The notes beneath the pieces were generated by a model. The model saw only the letters and a program-made list of their open reading frames with translations, was not told the DNA's origin and ran no database searches. A stretch of 64,000 bases of DNA, taken from assembly GCA_963815195.1 (NCBI GenBank), contig CAWFGE010000018.1, positions 243,023 through 307,022 on the forward strand, written 5' to 3'. This stretch comes from an uncultured Planctomycetaceae bacterium (GTDB lineage Bacteria; Planctomycetota; Planctomycetia; Planctomycetales; Planctomycetaceae). Below, piece after piece: positions 35,367-45,496 of the stretch. Within the stretch, counting starts at the first letter, position 1; each line of letters opens with the position of its first letter. The translations under genes and the position numbers were made by a program.

Positions 35367-36908
35367 ATGCCACGCACACCCTTTGCCGCGTTCGTGTCGA
35401 TTTTCGCGATCGTTTTGTCCGCCTGTGGGGGCGCAGACACCGCCAGCGCCGCTCCTCCGAACATTGTGCTCATCCTCTGCGACGACATGGGCTTTTCCGA
35501 CGTCGGCTGCTACGGCGGCGAGATCCATACCCCCAACATCGACCGCCTCGCCGCGGAGGGGCTCCGGTTTCGGCAGTTCTATAACAACGCCAAGTGCACC
35601 ACCACGCGGGCTTCCTTGATCACCGGACTTTTTCCGCGCCAGACCGGGCCGCTGTTGAAGCCCGGCATGGTCACGATCGCCGAGGTCCTCAAACAAGCCG
35701 GCTACCGCACGGCTCTCAGCGGGAAATGGCACCTGGGCAGCAGCAAACCCCGCCGGCCCATCGACCGCGGGTTCGATGAGTATTACGGCCTTCTGGACGG
35801 CTGCTGCAATTATTTCAATCCTGCGATGCCCGATCCGAAATTCAAAGGCGGCCGGGTGCGGGTCTTCGCCAAGAACGACCAGCGGATCACCGAGTTCCCC
35901 GACAATTTCTACACCACCGACGCCTTCACCGATTTCGCCCTCGACTTCGTGGACCGCGCGGCCAAGGACGAAAACCATCCGCCGTTCTTTTTGCACGTCT
36001 GCTACACGGCTCCGCATTATCCGCTGCACGCGAAACCCGAGGACATCAAAAAGTACCAGGGCAAATACCTGGAAGGCTGGGAGAAGATCCGCCGGGAACG
36101 GCATCGGCGGCAAATCGAGATGGGTCTTATCGATCCCGAATGGAAACTCCCCAAACCCGGCCGCGAAGTCGAGGACTGGGAAGACGCCGCCAACAAGGAT
36201 TGGCAAGACCTGCGGATGGCGGTGTATGCCGCGATGATCGACTGCATGGACCAGAACATCGGCCGGCTGATGGCGAAGCTCAAGGAAACCGGCCAGGACG
36301 AGAACACGATCGTGATGTTTCTCTCGGACAACGGCGGCTGCGCCGAGACGCCGGGCGGCAACGACCCCAAACAAGTCCCCGGCCCCAAGGAGTTCTATTC
36401 CCACGTCGGCCCCGGCTGGGCCTATGCCCAGAACACGCCGTTCCGCCGGTACAAGCAATGGGTCCACGAAGGCGGCATCTCGACGCCCTTCATCGTCCGC
36501 TGGCCCGGCCATGTCAAACCGGACACGATGACGAACCAGGTCGGCCACATCATCGACGTCCTGCCCACCTGTGCCGACCTCGCCGGCACGACGTATCCCA
36601 AAACCCATCACGGCGAAGAGATCCTGCCGGTGGAAGGCTTGAGCCTCTTACCCATCTTCCAGGACAAAACGCGCGAACCGCACAAAACCCTGTATTGGGA
36701 ATGGGCCGGCAACCGCGCGATCCGGGAGCGGCAATGGAAGCTCTGCTGGGACAAAGGCGTGAAGAAGTGGGAGCTTTACAACATCGAAACCGACCGCACC
36801 GAAACCAACGACCTCGCCAAGTACAACCGCAACCGCGTCCAAGAATTGAGCGAAGCCTGGTACGCCTGGGCCGAAAAAATGGGCGTGAAGAATCTCAAGA
36901 GGGAGTAA
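35367..36908 (+). CDS. Arylsulfatase (Cys-type)
   Basis: Signal peptide, PNIVLILCDDMG, CTTTRASL (CxxxR), GKWHLG, SDNG. Confidence 0.95.
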   Translation: MPRTPFAAFVSIFAIVLSACGGADTASAAPPNIVLILCDDMGFSDVGCYGGEIHTPNIDRLAAEGLRFRQFYNNAKCTTTRASLITGLFPRQTGPLLKPGMVTIAEVLKQAGYRTALSGKWHLGSSKPRRPIDRGFDEYYGLLDGCCNYFNPAMPDPKFKGGRVRVFAKNDQRITEFPDNFYTTDAFTDFALDFVDRAAKDENHPPFFLHVCYTAPHYPLHAKPEDIKKYQGKYLEGWEKIRRERHRRQIEMGLIDPEWKLPKPGREVEDWEDAANKDWQDLRMAVYAAMIDCMDQNIGRLMAKLKETGQDENTIVMFLSDNGGCAETPGGNDPKQVPGPKEFYSHVGPGWAYAQNTPFRRYKQWVHEGGISTPFIVRWPGHVKPDTMTNQVGHIIDVLPTCADLAGTTYPKTHHGEEILPVEGLSLLPIFQDKTREPHKTLYWEWAGNRAIRERQWKLCWDKGVKKWELYNIETDRTETNDLAKYNRNRVQELSEAWYAWAEKMGVKNLKRE

Positions 36909-36926
36909 AGGCGAGTATCACATAAA

Positions 36927-36948
36927 CCGGGGCTGCGCCAGCGGCTGA
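36927..36948. repeat. Degenerate REP-like palindrome (GGCTAGCGC family)
   Basis: ccggggctgcgccagcggctga between convergent genes. Confidence 0.5.
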
Positions 36949-36954
36949 TTTGCC

Positions 36955-37875
36955 TCAAGGCGATTCCGCGTCCAAATGGTCCACCAAAAAGTCGTAGGCT
37001 TTTTCCAAGGTCGGCGGGTGGATCGCGGTGAGGAGGTGGCCCATGCCGTCTAAGGCGATGAACTCTGTTTCCACGCCTAAGGACTTGAGGGCCGCGGACA
37101 TCGCCTTGGCTTGCTCGTATTTCACGAGCAAATCGCTCGTGCCGTTGTAGAAGAACATCGGCGGCGCGGATTTGCTGACAAAGGCGATCGGCGAGGCGGT
37201 TTTGTATTGCTTGGGGACTTGTTTCGGCGTGCCGCCCAGCCAAAAGGCGAGACCCCAGTTGTTGGGGGCGACATCGCGGAAGTCGCAGGGAGCCCCGCCC
37301 GCGCACACGACGGCGAGGCGGGTGTCGGTTTCGGGCCGGGCGGGATCGCCGGGCTTGCCGGTCACGCCCAACAGCGCCACGAGATGCCCGCCCGCCGAGT
37401 AGCCGATCGCCCCGATGCGGTCGGGATCGACTTTATAATCTTCCGCGTTCTGGCGGATCCATTTGAGCGCCGCCCGGCAGTCGTCCAGCTGCGCGGGGAA
37501 TTTGTATTTGGGCGAGAGCCGATAATTGATGGCGAACGTCACGATGCCCCGGGCCGCGAGGTCGCGGGCGTATTTCATGAGTTGCCGCTTGCTGCCGCTC
37601 CGCCAGGCCCCGCCGTGCACGACCATCACCGCGGGCAAAGGTCCCGCGAGCTTAGGGACATAAGCATCGAGCAGCAGTTCCACCCCGCCGGGCGATGCGT
37701 ATTCAATGTCTTCTTTGATGGAAAACCGATCCGCCGCCCGCAGCGCGAAAAATGCCTCGGCCGAAACGGATCTCGCCGCCGGCTTCTCCGCAACCGCCGG
37801 ACCGTCGTCCGCCCCGGCCGATCCCATCCCAATCAGCAAAGCTCCCGCGACCAAAATGCTCTTCCCCATCGGCAT
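36955..37875 (-). CDS. Secreted alpha/beta hydrolase (esterase)
   Basis: HGGAW oxyanion motif, GYSAGG nucleophile elbow, Asp and His (GTSDLLV, GMGH). Confidence 0.92.
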   Translation of the reverse strand: MPMGKSILVAGALLIGMGSAGADDGPAVAEKPAARSVSAEAFFALRAADRFSIKEDIEYASPGGVELLLDAYVPKLAGPLPAVMVVHGGAWRSGSKRQLMKYARDLAARGIVTFAINYRLSPKYKFPAQLDDCRAALKWIRQNAEDYKVDPDRIGAIGYSAGGHLVALLGVTGKPGDPARPETDTRLAVVCAGGAPCDFRDVAPNNWGLAFWLGGTPKQVPKQYKTASPIAFVSKSAPPMFFYNGTSDLLVKYEQAKAMSAALKSLGVETEFIALDGMGHLLTAIHPPTLEKAYDFLVDHLDAESP

Positions 37876-38044
37876 CGATTTCTCCTTTCAGGCTCAAACA
37901 ATCTCGGTTGCCCTTCAATTCATTGTATTCGGCGAAATTCTCCCGACCAGCCACAATTTCTTCGCGGCGAGGCGGAACGCGCCCTTCAGAGAGGCGGAGA
38001 GATTTCCCGAGCCTGCAAAATCGGCAAGGCGAATTGGGTGGCAC

Positions 38045-38079
38045 GGGTGGCACGCCCTTCGCTGCGCTCAGGGGCGTGC
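38045..38079 (+). repeat. GGGTGG-headed hairpin (REP-like)
   Basis: gggtggcacgcccttcgctgcgctcaggggcgtgc; same architecture as the hairpin at 63968-64000. Confidence 0.5.
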
Positions 38080-38095
38080 TACCCAGGAACGGGCT

Positions 38096-38905
38096 TCACG
38101 AAATCGCCGATCCGCCGCCGGCTCCGGGGGTTGGCAGAATGCCGGGCGGCGGGCTGAGCGTGGAGAGCTCGCGGCGGAGCCGGCCGGGAAAATCCGTGGT
38201 GACGGCCTCGACTCCCATCATCGCCAGCCGGTGCGCTTCGTGCACATCGTTGATCGTCCAGGTGCACAACCGAAAATTCTCCGCGAGCAACCGCGAAACC
38301 GTCTCGGCTTCGAGCAATTGTGTGATGCCCAGGTCGAACCCGTCGAGACCCGCTTCCCGCGCGGCGAGGATCCGCTCGGCCAACGTGACGCTCGCCTCTT
38401 GCGGCTTTTTGGGAGATTTCGAGAGACGCAGGATCTGAAGAACCACGACTCCTGGCAGCCGGCGTTTGAGCTCCGCGAGCACGTCAAACCCGTAGCCGAT
38501 CACCACCACCCGCTCCAACGCCAACGGCTTTTCCAGCAGGCGGATTAAGGGGGGGATGATCTCCGGGCCGCATTTGATTTCGACGTAAAGCCGTTTGCCC
38601 GTGGGGACCGTGGCGAGCACTTCCTCCAATGTGGGGACGCGTTCCTCGGCCCATTCCTCGCCTTTCCAAAGCCCGGCGTCGAGAAGCCGGAGTTCTTCCA
38701 GCGTCAACAGCGAGACCGCGTGTTCCTTGCGCGTGATCCGCAATGTGGACTCGTCGTGAAACGCCACGATCTCGCCGTCGCGGGTCAGGCGGACATCGAT
38801 TTCCACCGCGTCGGCTTGCTGCCTCCATGCCAGGTGGATGGCCGCCATGGTGTTTTCGGGGGCCTCGCCGGAAGCCCCCCGGTGTCCCACGATTTCGATG
38901 CCCAT
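38096..38905 (-). CDS. Glycerophosphodiester phosphodiesterase
   Basis: GHRGAS...PENT, EIDV, HD, VEIK, WTIND, TTDFP. Confidence 0.93.
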   Translation of the reverse strand: MGIEIVGHRGASGEAPENTMAAIHLAWRQQADAVEIDVRLTRDGEIVAFHDESTLRITRKEHAVSLLTLEELRLLDAGLWKGEEWAEERVPTLEEVLATVPTGKRLYVEIKCGPEIIPPLIRLLEKPLALERVVVIGYGFDVLAELKRRLPGVVVLQILRLSKSPKKPQEASVTLAERILAAREAGLDGFDLGITQLLEAETVSRLLAENFRLCTWTINDVHEAHRLAMMGVEAVTTDFPGRLRRELSTLSPPPGILPTPGAGGGSAIS

Positions 38906-39094
38906 AAGCGGGTCGCCTTGAAAGGAGAGAAATCAAATCGAGGAATTGTATCCCGCCGGCCCCGTTTGCGGATAGAGGGATTTTCCACTCCTGGGCTCTT
39001 CGACTGCCGAGAAGGGACGTGTTATGATGGGCCGTCGGTTCGGGGAACCGAAAACCGCAGACTGAAGACTGAAAACTCCTACGGAGAGACTGCC

Positions 39095-40492
39095 ATGCGA
39101 TTGTGTCTCGCTCTTGTGGTGCTGCTCTTTTGGCAGGCATGGGGAGTCGCCCAAGAAAACGATTCGCCCGCCAAACCCCAGTCCGCCAAGACGCCCGCCG
39201 AGGAAGTGCAGGAACTCATCACCCAGATGGACGACAAAAACCCCGTGGCCCGCTACCAGGCCGCGCGGTCGATCGTGTTGATGGGCCCCGCCGCGGAGAA
39301 GGCGGTGCCCAAGCTCATCGAGAGACTTTCGAGCGACAAGGACGAACCCGCCCGCGCCGCCTACGCGGAGGCGTTGGGCATCATCGGCCCGGTCTCGAAA
39401 GACGTGATCCCGGCCCTCATCAAGGCGGTCGACGATGAAGGCGGGTATGTCCGCTACTCCGCCGCCACCGCGATTGCCCGGCTCGGCGACAAAGCCAAGC
39501 CCGCCGTGCCCGCGCTCGTCAAGAAGTTCGAGGCCAGCCAAGGCAACGACCGCGAGGTTCTGGCTTCCACCTTCGGCAAGATCGGCCCGGCCGCGTCCGC
39601 CGCGCTTCCCGCCTTGGAAAAAGCGTTGGACGACAAAGATCCGTTCCAGCGAATCGCCGCGGCAACGGCAATGATGCGGATCGATCCCAAAACCACGAAG
39701 CCCGTCCCGGTCTTGGAAAAAGTGCTCAAGGACAAAAACGACAAAGCCCGCGCCGATGCCGCCGATGCGATCGCCGATCTCGGCCCCATCGGTAAAGCCG
39801 CGGTGCCCGCGCTCACGGAATCTCTGAAGGATGAAAAGAGCCTCGTCCGCCGGAATGCGATGCGGGCGCTCGGCGAAATCGGGCCGCCGGCGGTCCCGGC
39901 CGTGCCGCAAATCTTGACGACGCTCGCCGAGGACAAAGAAAGCCTGGTGCGGGAGTTCGCGGCGTCGGCTTTGCCGCGAATCGCGCCCGCGAATGCCGAC
40001 GTGCCGCCGGTTCTCGCGAAAGCCCTCGAAGATGAAGTGACCGAGGTCCGCATCGCCGCCGCCAAAGCGATGGCGTTTTATGCCGGCCAGTCGGAAGAGG
40101 AAATCCCGCAGCTCATCGCGGCTCTGAACGACCCCGAACTCGAAGTGACGTCCGCCGTCGCCGTGGCCTTGGCGGAAATCGGCGGCCCGGCGCTCGAACC
40201 GCTGTTGGAAGCGGCCGATTCCAAAACCCGCCAGGTTCGCCAGAACGCGATGACCGCCTTGGGCATGTTGGGACGCGGGCAGGAGACGGCTCCGAAAGAG
40301 ATCGTGCCCAAGCTGATCGCCGGTCTCAAAGATTCCGACTGGCAGGTTCGCCGGGCCTCGGCCCGCGCGTTGAGCACAATGGGCAAAAAAGCCAAGGACG
40401 CCGTGCCCGCCCTGACCGCCGCCATGCGGGAGCCGAACAAATTCGTCCGCCGAGCCGCCGCCGCCGCGATATTAGAAGTCGACATCGAATAA
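39095..40492 (+). CDS. Secreted HEAT-repeat (PBS-lyase-like) protein
   Basis: Signal peptide followed by more than 10 AVPAL..AL.D....VR..AA.ALG repeats. Confidence 0.9.
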   Translation: MRLCLALVVLLFWQAWGVAQENDSPAKPQSAKTPAEEVQELITQMDDKNPVARYQAARSIVLMGPAAEKAVPKLIERLSSDKDEPARAAYAEALGIIGPVSKDVIPALIKAVDDEGGYVRYSAATAIARLGDKAKPAVPALVKKFEASQGNDREVLASTFGKIGPAASAALPALEKALDDKDPFQRIAAATAMMRIDPKTTKPVPVLEKVLKDKNDKARADAADAIADLGPIGKAAVPALTESLKDEKSLVRRNAMRALGEIGPPAVPAVPQILTTLAEDKESLVREFAASALPRIAPANADVPPVLAKALEDEVTEVRIAAAKAMAFYAGQSEEEIPQLIAALNDPELEVTSAVAVALAEIGGPALEPLLEAADSKTRQVRQNAMTALGMLGRGQETAPKEIVPKLIAGLKDSDWQVRRASARALSTMGKKAKDAVPALTAAMREPNKFVRRAAAAAILEVDIE

Positions 40493-40513
40493 TCGCCTTC
40501 TCGTTTTAGCTTA

Positions 40514-40700
40514 CTCAAACTGTATGTCGAAAGTGCAGACGGTGGCTGGGGCGCAAAGGAACGTTCCAAGGGAAAAGGAGATTTGAGGCCTGGGGCGGTG
40601 TGAGATTTTTCTCGCCTGGCCACAGCCCCAGCATTTGCGGTTCAAGCCTTATTCCAAGGGGGATTTGCGCCCCCAGCCACCCAAACGCCTATAGTCCGAG
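40514..40700 (+). mobile_element. Divergent copy of the MITE/REPIN-like element
   Basis: ctcaaactgta flank, ggtggctggggcgcaaagga start (40541), inner ctggggc/gccccag, ccccagccaccc end (40682). Confidence 0.72.
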
Positions 40701-40807
40701 ATGTTACGAGTTTCAAGTTTCGTTCCTCCTGATGATCCGTAAGAACCCTTGAAACTTGTCCGGCTCGTCAAAACTTAAAACTTTCAACTTGAAACTTGAA
40801 AAGTAAC

Positions 40808-41760
40808 ATGCCCGTCAACTTCGCCGACCGTCTGCACGCTGCCGTTCGGAGCAAACACACCGCCGCGTTGGTGGGGCTGGATCCGCGTTTCGAGCGATTG
40901 CCCGCTCCGGTGATTCGCGCCGCGGAAAAACGCGGAGCCACGGATCAAAACGCTTTCAAAGCCGCGGCGTTCGAGGAGTTTTGCTTTCGCATCATCGATG
41001 TGGTGGCCCCGCTGGTGCCGGCGGTCAAACCGCAGGCGGCGTTCTTTGAGGAGTTGGGACCGGCGGGGATGAGCGTGCTCCAGCGGGTCATTCGCCGGGC
41101 CCGCGGCGCCGGGCTGATTGTGATCTGCGACGCCAAGCGCGGGGACATCGGGTCCACGGCGGAAGCCTATGCCCGCGCCTATCTGGCCGGCGAGGATCCG
41201 AACGCCGCGGTGTGGGCCGCCGATGCGCTGACGGTCAATCCCTATCTCGGCCGGGACACGCTGGAACCGTTCGTCCAAGTCGCCCGGGAACGCGGGGCGG
41301 GGATTTACGTCCTCGTTCGCACGAGCAACCCCGAAGCGGGCACGTTTCAAGACCGGAAGACCGAAGGCGTGCCGGTGTATCGGGCCGTCGCCGAGGTGGT
41401 GGAACGTTTCGCCGCCGAGACCGCGACCGGCAGCGAGTTCGGCCCCATCGGTGCGGTCGTGGGGGCGACCTACCCGGCGGAGCTTGCGGAACTCCGCGCC
41501 GCGATGCCGCACGCTCCGTTATTGGTCCCTGGCTACGGCAGCCAGGGCGCGGGAGCCGCCGACGTGGCCGCCGCCTTCACCAAAGCCGGCTTGGGAGCAG
41601 TGGTCAACAACTCGCGAGGCATCAACTTCGCCCACGAGCGCGCGCCCTATGCCGAGGAGTTCGGCCCCGAGCGCTGGGAACAGGCCGTGGAAGCCGCGAC
41701 TCGCCAAATGATTTCCGACCTCGAGAAAGCTCTTGGCGAGCGTGGGCGCCAGTCCCGTGA
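40808..41760 (+). CDS. pyrF: Orotidine-5'-phosphate decarboxylase (3' end uncertain, stop apparently lost)
   Basis: [57 protein letters not shown]. Confidence 0.93.
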
Positions 41761-41802
41761 TGACTTGCGCCGATCGAGACGTTTCCAATTCCATGAAATC
41801 TT

Positions 41803-41836
41803 ACGCGGGCACCGACCGAAGGTTGGTCCGCTCGCC
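41803..41836 (+). repeat. 34-bp hairpin repeat, copy 2
   Basis: acgcgggcaccgaccgaaggttggtccgctcgcc. Confidence 0.8.
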
Positions 41837-41911
41837 AGTTTATTCTTTCGCGATGCAATACAGCGTCTTGCTCGTGCGGATGAAGATCTCGCGGTCGGAA
41901 AATCGCCGAGG

Positions 41912-43333
41912 TCAGGGAAGGCCGTCTTCCACGATTGTTTCGCCGGCGACCTTCGCCACCTGGCGGTCTTCTTCCGTGAGCCGCGTCGTTTTCCAGCCGC
42001 CGTGGGCGAACCACGCCGCCGCGACGATGGGCACGAGAAGATTCGTCACCGGAAACGACCACCACAAGCCTTCGGAACCGAGCGGTGTGTGCTTCGAGAG
42101 AATGTAAGCCAGCGGAAATTGCACGACCCACTGCGCAACGAGCGCGATCACCATCGAGATCAGCATGTTCCCCGACGCCCGAAACGTGGACACCATGCAA
42201 AGCTGCACGCCGATGCCGCCCCACGCGAGACACATGATGCGGATGAACCGCGCTCCTTGTGAAATCACCTCGGGATCGCCCGGCACGAAAAACGCGACCA
42301 AATGATCCGCGGACACGTAGGCCAAAAGACCGACGCCGGTCAGAATCGCAAATCCCCAACCCGCCCCCAACACCGCCACCCGTGCGGCCCGGTCGAGATT
42401 GCCCGCACCGATATTCTGGCCGACGAGCGTGGAGACGGCCATCGACAGCCCCATCGCCGGGATGGTGACGAACTGCAGAATGTTCGCCCCCACGCCGTAC
42501 GAGGCGATGGTCAAGGTTCCGAAGCTCGCCACCAGAAACGACATCACGATCAAGCCCAGCCCGCGCGTGGACAGCTCGACCGAACCCGGCAATCCCAGAA
42601 AAAACGCCCGGCGGATATAAGGAAAGTCGGGCCGAAAGTCGCGCCACTTGAGTTGAATCCCGTGCCGGCCCCGCAGAAAAATCATGAGCCCGATAAAGGC
42701 CGCGATCGCCTGGGTGGCCAATGTCGCGAGCGCCGCGCCGCGGACGCCTTGGGCCGGGATCGGCCCCCAGCCGAAGATAAACAGCGGGTCGAGAAAGATA
42801 TTGAGGAGCACGGTGCCGGAGACGATCAGGAGGGGCACCGCGGTCCGTCCGATGCCTCGCATCAGAGCTTGAAACATCGCGTACAGAAACACGAAGATGA
42901 TCCCCACGAACGAGACGCGCATAAAGCTCAGCGCGCCTCGATACACCACCGGCGCGACGCCGAGCCACGTGAGCAGATGCGGCGAGAGCAGAAAGCCAGC
43001 CGCTCCCAGCACAACCGACGTGAGGGCGACCATCATCATGGTCTGGGCCGCGATGTGATTGACCATCTCCTGCCGGCCGGCCCCCATGTATTGGGCGGAG
43101 AGCGTCGCCCCCGCAATCGCGAGGCCGGACCCGATCGCGATCACCAAAAACGTGACCGGAAAACTGATGGACACGGCGGCGACCGCCGCGGCCCCCAACC
43201 GGCCGACCCAGAAGGCGTCGGTCAATTGATAGCCCGTTTGCAGGACGTTGCCCAAGATGATCGGCACGGCCAGCCGAAACAGCGCCCGGCCGATGGGGCC
43301 TTCGAGAAAGAGTTCTTGACGATCGTAAGCCAT
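41912..43333 (-). CDS. MATE family efflux transporter
   Basis: About 12 TM segments, LAVPII...[37 protein letters not shown]. Confidence 0.94.
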   Translation of the reverse strand: MAYDRQELFLEGPIGRALFRLAVPIILGNVLQTGYQLTDAFWVGRLGAAAVAAVSISFPVTFLVIAIGSGLAIAGATLSAQYMGAGRQEMVNHIAAQTMMMVALTSVVLGAAGFLLSPHLLTWLGVAPVVYRGALSFMRVSFVGIIFVFLYAMFQALMRGIGRTAVPLLIVSGTVLLNIFLDPLFIFGWGPIPAQGVRGAALATLATQAIAAFIGLMIFLRGRHGIQLKWRDFRPDFPYIRRAFFLGLPGSVELSTRGLGLIVMSFLVASFGTLTIASYGVGANILQFVTIPAMGLSMAVSTLVGQNIGAGNLDRAARVAVLGAGWGFAILTGVGLLAYVSADHLVAFFVPGDPEVISQGARFIRIMCLAWGGIGVQLCMVSTFRASGNMLISMVIALVAQWVVQFPLAYILSKHTPLGSEGLWWSFPVTNLLVPIVAAAWFAHGGWKTTRLTEEDRQVAKVAGETIVEDGLP

Positions 43334-43357
43334 GCCCTCGCCGAGTCAGAAGAACGG

Positions 43358-43543
43358 AACCACGAAACACACGAAAAAAGACAACACCGAACCCGCCATC
43401 TTTTCTTCCAACGGCATTGAGCTTTGGGGAACCACGAATGACACGAATCACACGAATTTCTGAGTTCATCCTTCAGTTCCGATAGCAATCCAATTGTCTC
43501 TTTTTCGGGTGTTTCGTGGTCCCTTCTTGTCTTTTTTCGTGGT
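43358..43543. repeat. Short-period (CACGAA-type) repeat tracts in inverted arrangement
   Basis: aaccacgaaacacacgaaaaaagac (43358), aaccacgaatgacacgaatcacacgaat (43430) and inverted tttttcgggtgtttcgtggt...cttttttcgtggt (43501-43543). Confidence 0.75.
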
Positions 43544-43548
43544 GGATC

Positions 43549-45303
43549 TCAGTAGCCGGCGGGTTCGCCGTGTTTGCGCGGGTCGCTGGCGGCGCGGAGT
43601 CCTTCCTTCGTTCTGTGAATCGCCTGGACCACGGCCAGGCCGTTCCGCTTCTCCACTTTGTGGCCGCGCTGCTCCATTGCACTTTGCATCGCCTTATACA
43701 ATGGGTTCTCGATGGAGAGCACGTTGGGCAGCCATTGGTGGTGGATCCGCGGTTCGGCGATCGCCTGGCGGGGGAGCATCTCGAACCGCATCAGGTTCAA
43801 CAGCACCTGCAGCGTCGAACTGATGATCCGCGGGCCCCCGGAGCCTCCCAACGCGATCACCGCCTGGCCGTCGTCCAGCACGATCGTGGGCGTCATGCTC
43901 GAGAGCGGCTTCTTTCCCGGCCGGACCGTGTTGGCTTCGCTTTGGATGAGACCAAACGCGTTCGGCTCCCCGGGGATCGCGGCGAAGTCGTCCATTTCAT
44001 TGTTCAAGACGATCCCGAACTTCGGCTCCACAAACAGGCTGCCGAAAAGCGTGTTGACCGTCTCCGTGCAGGCCACGGCATTTCCCGCGGCATCCATTAC
44101 GGAATAGTGGCTCGTCCCGGCGTCTTTCATCGGCATGGTGCGGCCGTACGTTTTGAGCGGTTTCGTTTGCCGAAGGTCGATTCGCTTGGCGATTTGTTTC
44201 GCATAGTTTGGGCTGATTAATGTTTGAATGGGCGCCTGCACAAAATCGGTGTCGCCCAGGTACTCCGCCCGGTCGGCGTAGGCGTGCTTCATGGCTTCGG
44301 TGAGGAGTTGCAGAAACTCGCCTTCGTTGTGCTTCATCGCTTTCGCCTCGGCGGGATGCTCCGCGGTCCACGCCGTAAGAATGTTTAAGATCTCCAACAG
44401 GGCCGTGCCTCCGCTCGACGGCGGCGGCATGGTGAGGATCGTCCGCCCGAGATATTCCCCGCGAAGCACCGGCCGCTCCTTGGCGGCGATGCCTTCGAGA
44501 TCCTGTTTCGTCACAATGCCCCCGGCGTTCTGCAACGACCCGGCGATCGCCTCCGCGACTTCGCCTTCATAGAAACCGGCCCGGCCCTGCTTGGCGATTC
44601 GCTCGAGCACCGGACCTAAGGGCGAATAGAACCGCGCGTTCTCCGGCCAGGGCACGCCTCCGTTGAGATAGTTTTTATAGAGCGCGGCATAGGTCTCCCG
44701 CATTTGCGGCTTCTTCTCGAACGGCTTGAGCATCGTCCGCTGCGTTGAGCGCATGTGCTCATCGACGGGAATGCCTTCTTTGCAGTAGCGAATCGCCGGG
44801 GCGAGGACGGTGGGCAAATCGAGCGTGCCGTATTTTTCCAAGGCGTGACACAACCCCGCCACCTCGCCCGGCACCGCGACGGCGAGGGCTCCGTCCCGGC
44901 TGGGATAGCGGTCCGCCGGGTTCTTCTTGCGGGCATTGACGTACATCTCCCGCGACGCGGCCGCCGGGGCTGTTTCCCGGTAATCGAGCGCGACGGATTT
45001 TTGCGTCTTGGCGTCCCAGATGACCATAAACCCGCCGCCGCCGATCCCGCAGCTCGACGGCCGGACGACCGAGAGCGCAAAGGACGTGGCGACCGCCGCA
45101 TCTACGACGTTGCCGCCTTTTTTGAGCATTTCCAGACCCGCCTGGCTGGCCAGCGGATGATCCGCCGCCACCACGCCGTGCTGATAAACCCGCCCGCCCG
45201 CCGGGTCCGCGGGAGTCTCCGCCCGCGCGGGACCGGCAAGGGCAGCGAAAACGGCCGCGACCCCGACCCCTATCCACAAAATGTTCTTGGCAAACCGACT
45301 CAT
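43549..45303 (-). CDS. ggt: Gamma-glutamyltransferase
   Basis: GGNVVDAAVA, GIGGGGF, DYRETAP, PPPSSGG, GTSHYS nucleophile, LNNEMDDF, PLSSMTP, GGSGG. Confidence 0.96.
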   Translation of the reverse strand: MSRFAKNILWIGVGVAAVFAALAGPARAETPADPAGGRVYQHGVVAADHPLASQAGLEMLKKGGNVVDAAVATSFALSVVRPSSCGIGGGGFMVIWDAKTQKSVALDYRETAPAAASREMYVNARKKNPADRYPSRDGALAVAVPGEVAGLCHALEKYGTLDLPTVLAPAIRYCKEGIPVDEHMRSTQRTMLKPFEKKPQMRETYAALYKNYLNGGVPWPENARFYSPLGPVLERIAKQGRAGFYEGEVAEAIAGSLQNAGGIVTKQDLEGIAAKERPVLRGEYLGRTILTMPPPSSGGTALLEILNILTAWTAEHPAEAKAMKHNEGEFLQLLTEAMKHAYADRAEYLGDTDFVQAPIQTLISPNYAKQIAKRIDLRQTKPLKTYGRTMPMKDAGTSHYSVMDAAGNAVACTETVNTLFGSLFVEPKFGIVLNNEMDDFAAIPGEPNAFGLIQSEANTVRPGKKPLSSMTPTIVLDDGQAVIALGGSGGPRIISSTLQVLLNLMRFEMLPRQAIAEPRIHHQWLPNVLSIENPLYKAMQSAMEQRGHKVEKRNGLAVVQAIHRTKEGLRAASDPRKHGEPAGY

Positions 45304-45496
45304 GGCGAGATCCTTTTTGTAAACGGATTTTCAGTAATCCGCCTTAAACCCTGAATAACCTGACGCCGAGAAAACCTGCAACTTGAAACTCGAAATGTTA
45401 AACTTGAGGAGAAAAATGCGGACGTGTCATTTGCCGTTTGAGTGATTATAATCGCTTGTTGTTGTTCCGCCCTGTGTTCTACCGCACTTTTCCAAT

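Noticed and set aside
35097..36611. 504-aa minus-strand ORF (and similar long antisense ORFs at 12469-13917, 14846-16219, 45479-46807)
   Set aside because: They lie opposite well-supported genes and are typical GC-rich shadow frames.
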